A DNA stretch of 63,814 bases, the filler included, from Reclinomonas americana ATCC 50394 (taxonomy: Eukaryota): NCBI GenBank assembly GCA_048213135.1. It is 16 parts of 16 records of this genome, joined end to end, with 100 filler letters (N's around TTAATTAATTAA, not from the genome) between each part and the next. Parts side by side here need not be neighbours in the genome. Positions count along the whole stretch, not along the records: positions 39,101 to 45,252 come from AFZH01017038.1; positions 45,353 to 46,632 come from AFZH01017040.1; positions 46,733 to 48,981 come from AFZH01017041.1; positions 49,082 to 55,734 come from AFZH01017043.1; 12 more parts are not named here. The stretch is one strand, 5' to 3'. How positions within the stretch are numbered: position 1 is the stretch's first letter; the number at the start of each line of letters is the position of its first letter. The position numbers were made by a program, and so were the translations under genes. This document shows, one piece after another, positions 39,101-52,100 of the stretch. The notes below the pieces were generated by a model. That model searched no databases and had not been told where the DNA came from. It saw nothing but the letters and a program-made list of their open reading frames with translations.

Positions 39101-40075
39101 AGAGCCGGGTCGTAGTTGGCAGTGGTACAGGCCGTGCAGCCGCTTGCCAGAGTGTAGCCAGCGACGCACTGAGTGCAACCGTGGGCCGGATCGTAGTTGG
39201 CGGTGGTGCAAGCCGTGCAGCCGCTTGCCAGAGTGTAGCCAGCGACGCACTGAGTGCAGCCGTGGGCCGGATCGTAGTTGGCAGTGGTACAGGCCGTGCA
39301 GCCGCTTGCCAGAGTGTAGCCAGCGACGCACTGAGTGCAGCCGTGGGCCGGATCGTAGTTGGCAGTGGTACAGGCCGTGCAGCCGCTCGCCAGAGTGTAG
39401 CCAGTGACACACTGAGCGCAGCCCAGAGCAGGGTCGTAATTGGCAGTGGAGCAAGCCGTGCAGTTACTGGAAAGGCTGTAGCCGGCAACGCACTGAGCGC
39501 AGCCCTGAGCCGGATCGTAGTTGGCAGTGGTGCAGGCCGTGCAGCCGCTCGCCAGAGTGTAGCCAGCAACGCACTGAGCGCAGCCGTGGGCCGGATCGTA
39601 GTTGGCAGCAGTGCAAGCCGTGCAGCCGCTCGCCAGAGTGTAGCCAGCAACGCACTGAGCGCAGCCCAGAGCAGGGTCGTAGTTGTCAGCAGTACAGGCC
39701 GTGCAGCTGCTCGCCAGACTGTAACCACTGACGCATTGCGCACAGCCCAGAGCAGGGTCGTAGTTGGCAGTGGTGCAGGCCGTGCAGCCACTCGACAGGC
39801 TGTAGCCAGCGACGCACTGAGTGCAGCCTTGAGCCGGGTCGTAGTTGGCGGTGGTGCAAGCCGTGCAGCCGCTTGCCAGAGTGTAGCCAGCGACGCACTG
39901 AGCGCAACCGTGGGCCGGATCGTAGTTGGCAGCAGTGCAAGCCATGCAGCCGCTCGCCAGACTGTAACCACTGACGCATTGCGCACAGCCCTGAGCAGGG
40001 TCGTAGTTGGCAGTGGTGCAGGCTGTGCAGCCGCTTGCCAAGCTGTAGCCACTGACACACTGCGTGCAGCCTGGG
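39101..40075 (-). repeat. Coding 81-bp tandem repeat (~12 copies, continuing into the spacer)
   Basis: Period of 27 codons in ORF 39049..40629. Confidence 0.93.
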
Positions 40076-42316
40076 GCGTAGTGCTGGTTCGGGCAGCTGC
40101 TCATCGCGGTGCCGTCCCAGGCAACTACGCCACCGCCAGCTTGCATGAGCACCACCACGTTGGCTGTCCAAATCAAATGCAACCACAATGTGAGTTGTCG
40201 AAAGCATGATGCAAAGGTCGTAATCACTGACAACTCACCACCGACAGTGCAAATGCCGACTGGGAACACCAGCTGGGCCGGCGACGCAGAGAGATCCAGC
40301 GTCGGAAGCGTGCTCTGCATGTCGGTGACCAGACCATGTCGCAAGTCGCTGTACATGACTGTTCCCGCGGGTCCCAGGGAAGTATCGCAGTCGATCGGGT
40401 ACACGTCCTGGTCGCCCTGCTCCAGGTAGCTTGCAGACCACGAGCATGGCTCAACACCAAACGAAGGGTCGATAAAGTTGAAGTTGCCGCTGGTAGTCAG
40501 CTTGCTGACGACGTGGTTGGCAAACTGCACCGCCAAGAACTCGGTATCGGAGACTCTGATGACAGCGGCGCGAGTGAGAGGGAGACACAGGTGAATGGTG
40601 TAGTTGCAGGCACACGACACATAACGCACCGAGTCGCAGACGTGGTGAACCCGAGATACTCGGTGGACAGTGTCGCGTATCCGTACGACGTGCTGCCGAA
40701 GTTGTAGGGGTTCTCAACCGCGGCCACCGGCAGCCCACCGTGCTCAGTGGTGTACGGGCCGCCGGCACCGCCCAGCGTGCTGAAGCAGCCGGCACCAGCC
40801 GTCGGTGACGGTGGCATGACGGGGACATCTGCAACAGCAGCACGCGTAAGTGCGTGCGTGTGTGACGTGAGGCGACCTCAAACCGAACATACCCCAAATC
40901 CGCACTGGCGACAGTGTGTTCGAGGCGTCGTATCCGAGAACCGCAGTGGGTGTGTTGTCCATGAACGGACGATCAATGATACCAATGGCGACTCGGACGC
41001 GGATCGCACCCGCCGGATCCATGTACGCACCAACCAGGAACTTGAGAATGGACACCGAGGCAAATGCTCCGTAGGCCGCGTTGTCCACATCGTGGTGAGT
41101 GGCTGCGCGCGCATGGCACAAACAGAATCGGTTCAGCTTCACGCATACACACACGCTGCAGTGACGTGCACGCAACTCCGCAGCACCGCGTCATTGGAGT
41201 CCAGCTGAACCACGATAATGCCCGACATTTTCAGAATCGACATGGGGTTCTCGTAGTAGTCCGCCGTGCCCATGACGATCACTGCGCAGAACGAACTCAG
41301 TGTCGGCACACGACAGCAACACACTGAGCTCTGCCAAACCTTTCTGGCCGGCGACCGGAGAAGACCTCACCGAGATACTCACCGGGCCAAAGCGGTACAT
41401 GCCGTCGACCGTGTTCGGTGCGAGGAAGCTCGCGTATGTGTACGACGGGAGGAAATTCTTCCACCAAACGTAACACAAGTCGACAGAGTTGAGCTTGTCG
41501 TCAAACGTCCACACGGCAGTGGAGCTGCGTGACCACGAGCCACCGCTGAAAGTGTACTTCCACACGGCAATACCGGACACGTTGCCATTCTGCAAACAAG
41601 CATAGGCGGGGCGCGTGAGTGCAATAGAGAAAGGGGAAAGAAGGAAGGGAGACGTAGGAAGGGAAGGGAAGAGGAGAGGCGAGAAGAGGAGAGAAGCAGA
41701 TACGCAACAGCAGCCTCGACAGTGTACAGGGTGTTGTCGTCGTATGCCGACACATCGCGGACGGTGTTGCTACGGATGAGGGTGCGCGCGCCAGCTGCAG
41801 AAGTACGTGGCATGTCAGGATCGGGACTGAGTAAGAACATGGTGCGCGTCCGCAACTGCTGGGGTTGACTTCATACAGCGAGCCGTTCGTGTTCCAGTTG
41901 CCAATGTAACCCGGCGGCTGCAATCATGCGGTGAGTAAAGAGAGAAGTGGGGAGAGAAAGAGAGTGTCACGTTCACCTTGTCCACAATAAAGAGGCGAGT
42001 CGCGCCGCCGGAACATCGAGTGGGCGTGTTTCCGGCACTGCAATACCGGAAAGTGTGAACACGACGACAAACAGAGGGGGCGGGGAAAGCTCTGACAAAA
42101 GCACGCGGGGCGCAACTTGCTGGTCCACGGGATGTTGTTGAGTGTGCCACTGCGTATGGTGGAGGATTAGCTCACTGGGCGCAGGGACTCGGAAAAACAC
42201 AGACACGCACGCCGCACACACCTGACACTAACCACGACCACCGCTGCAGTTGCGAGCAGCAGCAGCAACAGCAGCAGGGTGGGGCGAGAAGAAAGCAAGG
42301 TCGTCGACCGAGACAT
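39101..42316 (-). CDS. Secreted/surface protein: signal peptide, multi-exon globular N-terminal region, then Cys-rich tandem repeats; 3' partial
   Basis: ATG at 42316 gives '[54 protein letters not shown]...'; the last visible exon holds 27-aa repeats 'CTACTTANYDPAxGCxQCVAGYTLASG'. Confidence 0.85.
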
Positions 42317-44299
42317 GGGGCAGAGGGTCTGTGTGTGCGGGAGAAGCTATGCGAGGATGGGGGGAGAGTTTGATTACTCTTGGCGTTCGGATGCGAGAAG
42401 AAAAACAAATAAAGGCAAGAACAAGACGGCGCCGGCTCTCTCGGCATCCCACAACACGCCACAGGACGACAATAGAATATAAGGAAACAATCAAGGCAGG
42501 ATTCGTGTGTGCGTGGCCGATCGCACACGCACCAAGAGTGGTATCACACCCTCCGCTTTCGGCGAGTGTCTCTCGTCAAGAACAGAGCACGCGCACACAC
42601 ACACACACGCAACCACACGGCGGGGGAAAGGCAAAGAGGAAAAGAGGAAAAGAGAAACGCGGAAAAAATAGTCGCGCCTCGCATCTATATTTCCCCGAGA
42701 CACGGCAGACCAATGCCGACAATAACGAAAAATACGGACACACTCTCACACTCCTTTCGCTCACAGAGGGCGAGGTGGAGGAGAGGAGGGAGGGAAGAAG
42801 AGGTGGGGAGAGTGCGAGGGGAAACAAAACAAAAACAGAGAATGTGCGAAAAATTGACGGCATCACGACGACGGTGAACCAATAGAGTGTGTGATCACAT
42901 CGTCCGGATACATGATGAGTGCCGGCGAGAGACAAACAGACACACACGAGAAGGGAGAGAGAGAGGGAGAGAGAGGGAGAGAGGGAGACGGAGAGAGGGA
43001 GTGAGAGGCACGCGCAGCGAGTGACGATTGACCGCACAACGGATACGATCGTGGTTTGTGTTTTTCGTGAGAGTGTGAGAAGAAAACGAGCGAAGACAAC
43101 ACAGAGAGAGAGAGAGAGAGGAGAGGAGAGAGAGACATGATACAAAGAGAGTCGATGAGACACGACCGAATAAAGCGTGGTGTGAGACTGACCTGCCTTC
43201 TCAGCGCTCCGCACAAATGAAAGAAAGAAAAGTGGACTCCATAAAAGGCAACTGCTCATTCGTCTGTCCAACTCTATTCCTTCGAGCCACTGGCAGCAAA
43301 TGTGTGGCGGGGGAAGCGGGAGCGGGTGTGGGAAGACGGTGGTATATGTGTGTGCTGGTGCTTGCCTGGTAAAGGGAGGAGTGGAGCGGGCGCAAAACGC
43401 GGTTTGTCTGAAATGTGTGGTGCTGTATCTCAGTCTTTCTCTCTCTCGTTCTCGCACGACGGCACGCCGCCACACGCGCAACCACCAATAAATGTCAAAC
43501 GTGGTGCACCGACCCATGCAACCAATGTCCTTCCTCGCGTGTCAAAAAGTTGATTGCCATCCAACAAGTCGGACGCGCGCGAGTGGCCCCGGAAGGCATG
43601 TTCTTCATTTCGCGACGACTGCGTGCTTGAGCGGCAAGCATTGCACCTCTGCATGTGTGCGGGTGTGTTGGGGGCGAGTGGAGACGTCAACGCAGTGGGG
43701 GAGAGGCAACACGGCACGATCGCGATGGTGTGGCTTGTGTGATCCAAAAATACGTACAAACGTGATCGTCGATCTCGCGCTCTTTGCTTCGAGCGAGATG
43801 AGCGGTGAGGCGACACTGCTCACGCTTGGGAGAGAGATGAGCAGTGCGAGAGAGCGTGTGTGTGTGGGAGAGAGAGAGCGAGTGAGAGTGCACACAAAGG
43901 ATTTACGCGCGCCTCGATCGTGTTGTGTGTCACTCTAGATCTGATCGACAGGTGTCGGAGCATAACCACCACACGCTCTTGCCACAGAGAAGGCGCGGTG
44001 GGAGAACAGCGGGGCGGGGCTGTGAAGCGCCACCTTGGGTGCTTTGTGTGGTGGCCGGACACCGATTTCCCACAAAGGAATCTATGCGGCTGTCGCCGCC
44101 CTCACCAATCCACACGGGTGTGAGGTGCTGACAAGGAACACACGCGTGGCACTCACGCACATGGCCGTTTCCGGCATCCGGCACCCTTTGTATGGGAACC
44201 TGAGAATTGCAATTCTCGCGGTCAGGCAATACATCGCCGGCGCCGCGACGCGCTGCGTCCTCTGTGTCTGAGTGAAAAAGCACTCCAGCACTCACAAAT

Positions 44300-45200
44300 G
44301 ATGACACTGAGGTTCGTGGCAGTGTGTGGGGGTCGTGGTCGTGGTCGCTATCGATAACGATATCCGAAGCGTGATCGAGTGCGAGCGCGCTGGATCATCA
44401 TGTATGTGTGCGCCTTCCGTTTGCCGAGCACAATCGCGATCGCGCTTCGGTGCCAGTATTGCAGTGCTTGCTGGCGAGCGCGCTTGCGTGCACGCGGCGA
44501 CAAACCTGTTGAGAAACGGAAACGTTCGAACGCGCGTGCCCTCGAGGCTCCACGCCAACAACCCGGACGTGTTCGGATCGACAACTTTTTCCGAGCCCAC
44601 GAGCACAGGGACGAGCCAAGAACACAAGAACACACATTCAACCTCACCACTAATGACGCCTCCACTGCTTTTGCTTTGCTTGCTTCACGGATCCGGACCC
44701 GGCTTTGCATTGTTTGCCTGGCATATTGCCTTTTCCCGAATTCGATGTGCCGTGTACGATCGCAGAAAACGCTATGCGTCTATGCAAGGCGTCAAATCCA
44801 CTGTTCTTCAACCACGCTTATGCGGTGAAGATCGCAGTTCTCGACTTGTTCGGAGCTCCGAGAGCGAACACACACAATTGCAAGGAACCTGCTGCTGCCT
44901 CATGATTGGTGTCTGTGTTGATGTTTTGGATACGGTTGAACTTGGTCATCAAGACAGCTGTTGCTTGTTTGTTGGTGAATGAATTGCAGTTGTTGAAACG
45001 ATCCGCAGCGCTGCGCATGCGCAGCGCAACTGCGGTATCGGATCGATCGCGATCGAGCTGCAGCTGCGAAACGCCAGCATTAGCCATCTCGATTTTTCTC
45101 ATGCTGCTTACGCGCTGTCTCAGTTGGTGAACATCATGCAGCTGTCGCTGCTTGGATTGATAAAAAGGTGTCGAGTCAGTTTGCACCTCGCGAAACTGCA
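44300..45200 (-). mobile_element. Possible decayed 3' end of an RLE-type non-LTR retrotransposon (tentative)
   Basis: Intronless, frame-broken peptides 'RIREASKAKAVEA...WLVPVLVGSEKVV...ARQQALQYWHRSAIAIVLGKRKA' loosely resemble the RExxKxxK...FVP...W..RISxALQRGNA tail of CRE/R2-like elements; no RT motif seen. Confidence 0.2.
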
Positions 45201-45352
45201 AATTCGCGGGAAATCAAACCACACACTTTCGTGACGCACACACACACACTCANNNNNNNNNNNNNNNNNNNNNNNNNNNNNNNNNNNNNNNNNNNNTTAA
45301 TTAATTAANNNNNNNNNNNNNNNNNNNNNNNNNNNNNNNNNNNNNNNNNNNN

Positions 45353-46578
45353 TGGTGTGATTCACAGCCATTGCCGGCAGCGTGGCCACCGCCTGGGAAC
45401 TCAACGTGCATCTCACACAAGCGGCTTTCTGGCCGCCCGGCTTTGACGTCTCGTCGATGCCGCATCGCCCGATTCTAGTGCCGGCGCCATTCGTCTTTGT
45501 GCTGATGGACGAGATGCAGTTTGCCGAGCTGTGCGCCAGTGAGCAAACGTGCGATCGCTTCGTCGGACGCATTCGGCAGGAGTTTGTGGCGCAGACCGCC
45601 GTTTTCCCCGTCCTCAAGGTGCCGCGGTCGTTTCCTTCCTTCCTTCCGTCTCTCCCTCCCGCCCTCCTCCGTGTTACTCAACAGTGCGACGACGACGGCA
45701 GATCACATTTATCGTGGTGAACTTGCTGGGCATTTCGAAAAAGGTAAAGGAGCGCTTGTACAACAGGCAGGTGCAGCACATGGATAATCCGCTGGACGTG
45801 GCTCCCGGTGAGGGTTGTGTCTGTGTGTGTGCCCCACGTACACGCACGCGCTCCGTCTCCTCTGTATTTGACATTCCCCTTTCTCTCCGCAGTGCCGTCT
45901 GCTGCCTTCGCCAAGTGCATCAAGGACAGCGACGTTGATCAATGCGTCATCCGTCTGCTGCTGCGACACAGTGTGGAACTGGTCGACGCGGTCACATGGC
46001 GGGGCGCTGTCGAGCAGCTGTGCTTTTCTTTGCGTGCCGTCGCACGAGCACCGTACTAGTTTCGTGCGGCCTCCCCTTTCGAGAGCATGCGCTGTGTTTC
46101 GGTGCTCACTCTGTTCACCAGTGAGGAGAGTGTCAATGACCTCAAGGTGGATCATCAGGCGGTGGACTCGCGTGCATCCGGCTGCCGCGATAAGCTGTTG
46201 TATTTGAACAAGATTTGGGCCAGGTTTGTGCTCCCACCTCTGCGTACTCTCGTTGGCAGACTTAGCTGACGCTCTCCACCAGCATGTTGGATCAAATACC
46301 GGGCGTGTCGGAGCGCAAGTCGTCACAGGTTGTGCGCATGTATCAGACACTGCCTCTGTTGCTGGACACATACGGTGCACTGGACGGCTCGCCCTCCGAT
46401 CAAGTGGGCTTGCTGGCCGACATTCTTGTTCCTGGAGGTTTGTGGAAACGAATCCGGCTGTGCACGTGACTCCGTCGCTCACTCTATGCGCCGCACAGAA
46501 ACCGGAAACTCGGCTCGTCTCGGCCCGCAAGCCTCGGCCGCCATTTGTCGCTACTACACCAAATTCGAAGTAAAATAA
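45353..46578 (+). CDS. EME1: Crossover-junction endonuclease non-catalytic subunit EME1/Mms4-like (ERCC4 + HhH); 5' partial
   Basis: 'VDQCVIRLLLRHSVEL...LRAVARAPY', 'KIWASMLDQIPGVSERKSSQVVRMYQTLPLLLDTY...LLADILV...RLGPQASAAICRYY' matches the EME1 C-terminal pattern; TAA ends at 46578. Confidence 0.82.
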
Positions 46579-46801
46579 TAACACACCAATTCCTCTAACC
46601 CGTTTCACTTACGTAGCGGGCGGAGCTGTGCTNNNNNNNNNNNNNNNNNNNNNNNNNNNNNNNNNNNNNNNNNNNNTTAATTAATTAANNNNNNNNNNNN
46701 NNNNNNNNNNNNNNNNNNNNNNNNNNNNNNNNACAACAACACGGCAGGGTGAGCTGCAAGAAAGAACCAGTCAGACAAACTTGCCGATCACGGAGGCGTA
46801 C

Positions 46802-48836
46802 CTTCGCTGTGCCACTTGCCGTCGAGGGAGATGGAGGAGGCCACGCGCAACATAATCTCCAGCGACTCAAAGTCCCGTGCGTGCACCTCGCGCAACGCCT
46901 CTGGCACATACGCCGCCGCCGAGCGCGGCATGAGCGCGAGACAGAAGAGTGCAGTGGACAGCGGTGGCACTGGCGTCGGCGAGTTGAAATCCACGCCATG
47001 TCGCTGCGCGCGGAGGCGATGAGCACACACGAATGAGCCAGGTGCAAGTCTACACATCACACACACACACCTCAGCGTACGGCTTGTTGACCTCCTCACT
47101 GATCCACCGATTGAGTTGAATGTTGGAAGGGGCGCGCGTGAACGGATACGCGAAGCGGTAGTCGCGACATTCGCCGTCGACGTACACTGCACGCACGCAC
47201 AAAAATAAATGAGCGACAAAACCCCCATCCACCGCCGCACGTCACTACGCAACTTGCCAAGTTCCACAACAGGGCTTGGAGATACACTCGTGCAACGTCG
47301 CGGAACGGCACTTGTACTTGCTGACAGCCGCCAACCTCCTCATCATCATCTGCGACAACGGTGAGAGCGTGGGAGGGGAGGGAATGCGACAAACATGGAG
47401 TTACTTACCGTCGTTATCGTCGTCCTCATCCGCTTCGGCATCGTCGGCCTCGGCGAGCAGCACCTCGTCGTCCGCGACATCGTCTTCGACGATCGCAGCG
47501 GCCTTGGCATCCTCCATCGCCTCACCGTCCTCACCGACGTCGTCGTCCTCGGGAGATAATGCGCTGCTGGCGACTGGGGCGGCGGCAGCAGAAGCAGGAG
47601 AAACTTCCACAGTCTGCACAGCACAGTGAGACCATCGTGGGCAAACACAGACTCAGTCGTGTGTGCACGCAAAAAAAAACGCACCATGGACACGGCAGAC
47701 GCCGAGGAGGTTCCATCCAATTGAACCATCACACCCCGCCCGTCGGCAGCCAGCAACGGCTTGAGCTGCGTGTGCACCAAATCACCCGACAGTACGTCCT
47801 TTCCCGGCACCGCAGTGAGCATGGAGAAAATCACATGGCAGGGGGAGCGAGGGTGTGTACCTGTCGGTAGATACGCTCCCGTGAGGCTTCGACCTCCTGC
47901 AGAATCCACGCCAGCGACTCGAGCTGGATGCTGGCCACCGAGCGTCCGTTGGCGGCACGCTCGACCCACACCAACACACTCTCGGGGTTCTCTTTCTTGA
48001 ACTGCGGCGGAGCGACGCGGATGAGTATGTGCACATTTACGCACACAAACACACACACACATCTCACCCTCTTGAAGGCTTGCCACAGGCTGGAGAACTG
48101 CACGCCACGCAGGCGCGGATGATAATCGTTGCCGGCCAGCAACGATAAGAAGACCCAGTCCATGGCCAGTTCGTGCTCCGTGGCTCGCGGAAACACGCGC
48201 ATGAAGCAACGGCGCAACTCGTCAAGGTCCAGGAAGCGATTCGTGTCACGCGCCATGTCTGCCATGCTGTTTTGCAGCACTTGCAGGCCGGGAATCTCCG
48301 ACGCCAGACCTGTGGCGAGAAAAAGATTCAGGGGCGGCGGGGAGAGGGGAAGTGCAGGGCAACGCACCAAGAAGGAGCAGATCGGCGTCGTTGCCGCACA
48401 CCAGGACACGCGGCGGTGGAGATCCGGCCGGCGCCTCACTCAGCACCGAGCGCAGATACGTAAACATCTTCAACTCGCCTTCGCCCGCCTCCTCCGCGTC
48501 CGACACAATGTACTGCACGCCACGGTCGGCGTAGCGCGTGGCGCGCTGCGCGCAGAAAAAGTGCATGGCGCGACTGAGGGTGCGCATAAAGTCGGTGCCG
48601 GGGGTGAAGTTGAGCGGCGACATGCCACCGTGCTTGGAGGCTTTGGTGGCGTGCTGGAGAAGAGGGGACAGAGGGGGTGAGAGGAGAAGGGGGAGAGGGG
48701 GGAGGGGCGTGAACATTTAAAGTATATACCTTTTCTCGTCGCTCGCGTTGGGTGAGCAGCTTGGAAAACGGTGCGGGGCCGTCAATGGCGATGAATACGG
48801 AGACGTGTGGGGAGCAGGAGCGCAGGATGGAGTTGA
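46802..48836 (-). CDS. XRN-family 5'-3' exoribonuclease-like protein; partial at both ends
   Basis: 'VFIAIDGPAPFSKLLTQRERR', 'NFTPGTDFM', 'IVSDAEEAGEGELK', 'VCGNDADLLLLG', 'DWVFLSLLAGNDYHP', 'YLQALLWNL.MYVDGECRDYRFAYP...AP'. Confidence 0.92.
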
Positions 48837-49150
48837 CTGTGAGGAGGACACGTGAGAGGCGGAGGGGGAGGGAGGGAGGGAGGGGGAGAAGAAGGGTGGC
48901 GGGCGAGAAGGAAGAGAGGGAGAGGGAAGGGGTGGATGAGGAGATGAAAAGGAAGCAGGAGCGCAGGATGGAGTTGACTGTNNNNNNNNNNNNNNNNNNN
49001 NNNNNNNNNNNNNNNNNNNNNNNNNTTAATTAATTAANNNNNNNNNNNNNNNNNNNNNNNNNNNNNNNNNNNNNNNNNNNNGTCGGTGGCAGGTGCACTG
49101 TCTCCCTAGTCCCCCCTCCCCTCGGTAGCACTCACTCATGCCTCGTGCAG

Positions 49151-52100
49151 GTTCACTGGAAGTGCGAACCTCACTCAATGTCAACAGCGGGCTGTTGTGT
49201 ACAAGTAGCAGCGGATCGAGAAGTGTCGGAATTGGCACGTGCGATCCGCAGGCGTCACTGTCTGTGCAGGGCGGCGTCAAGGCGTCCAGTGGTGTGCCCG
49301 GCAGTGGCGCGACATCTGTATCATCATCTTCAATATCAATATCTACATCAACATCAACCGACGAGCCAGCAGGCACAGCGTCATCGATGACACGTGCGCG
49401 CGCCACGCGGTCCGGGCCATTATCTGACTCGTCTATGGCTCGAGCGTCAACGCAAGACGGACGGGGCATGGACAATACTGGCAGCAGCAGCAGCGGCGGT
49501 GCTTATGGTGCTGGGCTCCTAACGGAGCCTCGAAGCACCAGCGCGGCCGATGTCGGCTTCAGTTTTGCTGGTGAAACCACCGGCATGTATTCCGCGCCGC
49601 CTGCGCTGCGCAATTCGAGCTCGACATCGTCAACGCCTGATGCACTCGGCAACGATCTGCTGCTTCTCCGTGGCAACTCGACAGTCGCGCGCTTTGGCCG
49701 TCACAGCACCGACGGTGAGGTGTTGCTGCTGGGGACGCAATTACACGTCCTCGGCAGTGAGCTGTCGCTGGGCACGAGTCTTGCAGACAGTACCACTGCG
49801 TCGGCCAGCGCGGTGTATAATGCGCGGCGTCGCGCGGTGTCGCTCTTCAAGGAAGCAGACAACACAGTGTCTCTCCATTTGAACCCGTCTGCGACGTTCG
49901 ATGGTGGTGTACGCATCAGCGGGCAGGCCATTCGAGTTTTGCCCTCGAATGGCATGGTCGGTCTGAACACTCTGGCGCCTCAACTCCAGCTGGATGTCAA
50001 TGGAGGGTGTGTACAGCTGTTATTAGATCGCATTCTCTTGTTATCTCCAGTCTTGCATCTCAACGCCCTTGTTTCTTCACGCTCCTCTACCAGCGTTCGT
50101 GCAGCGATGGGCTACCCCGCAGTGGTCGGGGCGTCTGCGGGAAATATCGGTTTCGCTCTCGGCAACGGTCTCAATAGTGGCGTGTATGGTACGATTGTGT
50201 GACTGCTCCATATTATTCCAACCACTGAGTGAGAAAGCTGACCGCGATTATAGCCGCTGCGGATGGGGAAACGGGAATCCGACTGGGACTCTTTGTGAGT
50301 GGCGCACTCGGGTTTGAACTCTCCTCTTCCACCTCGGAGGCTCGTGTCACCGGCAGCCTTCATGTGGCCGGAACGACTGTGCGTTTGGTAGATGGCACTG
50401 CGCTACAAGTCGCAGCTGGCGTGCTTCGCGTCGGATCTCTTGCCGATTACACCTCGTGAGTCACGCTGGCGCTGGTCTTCCGTTTCCGATATTTCTTGTG
50501 TGGTTGAAGTGTGCTTGTTTCCTCCTGTCCCAGTGGATTGGATCTCGGCAGTGGATCTGTTGTGATCTCCAGCTCCGGTCGAGTCGCGATTGGAAACGTG
50601 ACTCCGCAGACTCAACTCCAGGTCGCCGGCGGTGTGCGAGCACTTAGCGGTGGCACGCTGACGTCAACAAACACACTGGACTCCGGCTTCTCGTTCGACG
50701 ATTCCACGGCGATGCTTCAGATTGCGCAAGGTAGGGTTCCACCGACAGCATTGAATCGTTGTGCATTTGGCTTATTGACACTGGTGTTGTGCAGACTTGG
50801 TGTTTCGAGTTGGAGGTCGCGACTCCGTCGTCATTCCAGCCAGTGTCACAGGCACAGTGGACATTCGTAGTGCCGCGCGAGTGACCGGCTTGCTGCATGC
50901 AGACGGCGGTCTGAAAGCGACCACGATCCAAGCCACTGGTCTTGCCACGCTCGACGGCGGAGCCTCTGTGGCCGGACTCGTTGTCGGCGGCAACGTTGTA
51001 GTCGCTGGTAGTGTGCAGGCATCGTCGTTGTCCGACGGCGTGGCCTCAATCAGTGGCGGAAACCTGAGTACCGCCGGGTCTGTCTCTGTTCGCGGCACTG
51101 TGTCGGGAGGCACATTGTCTTCGTCCGGCGCCATCGTCGCCGGAACCTCTGTGCAGACAGGAGGCCTCACCGCAACCACGGCCACCATCGGTGCTCTCAC
51201 GGTTACCGGCAATGCCAGTGCCGGAGGGCAGCTGTCGGCAGGCTCCTTGTCTACTTCCGGTGACGTTTCCGCGTTAAACGTTGTGGCACGCGGGTCGGTG
51301 TCCTCGGCAGGTGTTGTCAGCTCGGGCTCACTGACCACCGATACACTCAACACGCGCGTGGCGACCGTATCAGGCCTGCTTACCGCAGCCACGCTGTCAA
51401 CAAGCGGAAACTTGCAGGCAACGGATGCTGTGCTCAGTGGCAAATTGACTGGCGCGAGCGTGACTGTCACCGGAATTGTGTCTGCCGCCGGTGATGTGCG
51501 CGGTGTGAATATGACTGCAAGTGGCAACATAAGTGGCGCGAATATGACCGCCACATCGCAAGTTACCGCCGCCACAGTTAACTCCGGCACTCTGTTAGTC
51601 GGCGCCGGTGGCGTCAGCAGCGCCGGTTCTATCCGTGGTCCGTCGCTTAGCGTAGCGGGTCAGGTGCAAGCCGACACCATGTTCGTATCCACAAGTGTTC
51701 AGGCCGCGAATTTTCTGACGACCACAAGCTTTCTTTCTCGTGGTCAAGCAACGTTCGAAGGTGGGATTGTCGCTGCCGGCGCGACCATTGCTGGCAATCT
51801 GGAAGCGTCCGGCGGTTTGCACACGACCATGGCCACGGTCGATAGTCAATTGTCCGCAGGAAATATCAGCTCTGCGGGTTCCCTTGTAGCGGCAGTGATC
51901 TCGACAAATGGACGCCTGGTAGCTGGCACGCTGACATCGACTGGATCTGCGTTGATGCAGACCGACTTGCAGGTGCAGGGAACTATTGCTGCCGTCCTCA
52001 TGAGTGCGAGTGGAGGGCTGGTCAGTGGTGGTGGCGGTGTGTCGACGAGTGGGAGTGTGGTAGGCCAGAGTGTGAGTGCGAGTGGCGGAGTGAGTGGTGG

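Noticed and set aside
42150..42180. Apparent in-frame TAA suggesting stop-codon reassignment (also at ~20337)
   Set aside because: Both TAAs fall in intron branch-point regions upstream of a better AG acceptor; genes end in TAA, TAG and TGA, consistent with the standard code.
45008..45027. 20-nt perfect palindrome gcgctgcgcatgcgcagcgc
   Set aside because: Isolated and GC-repetitive, with no partner repeat or context to support a function.
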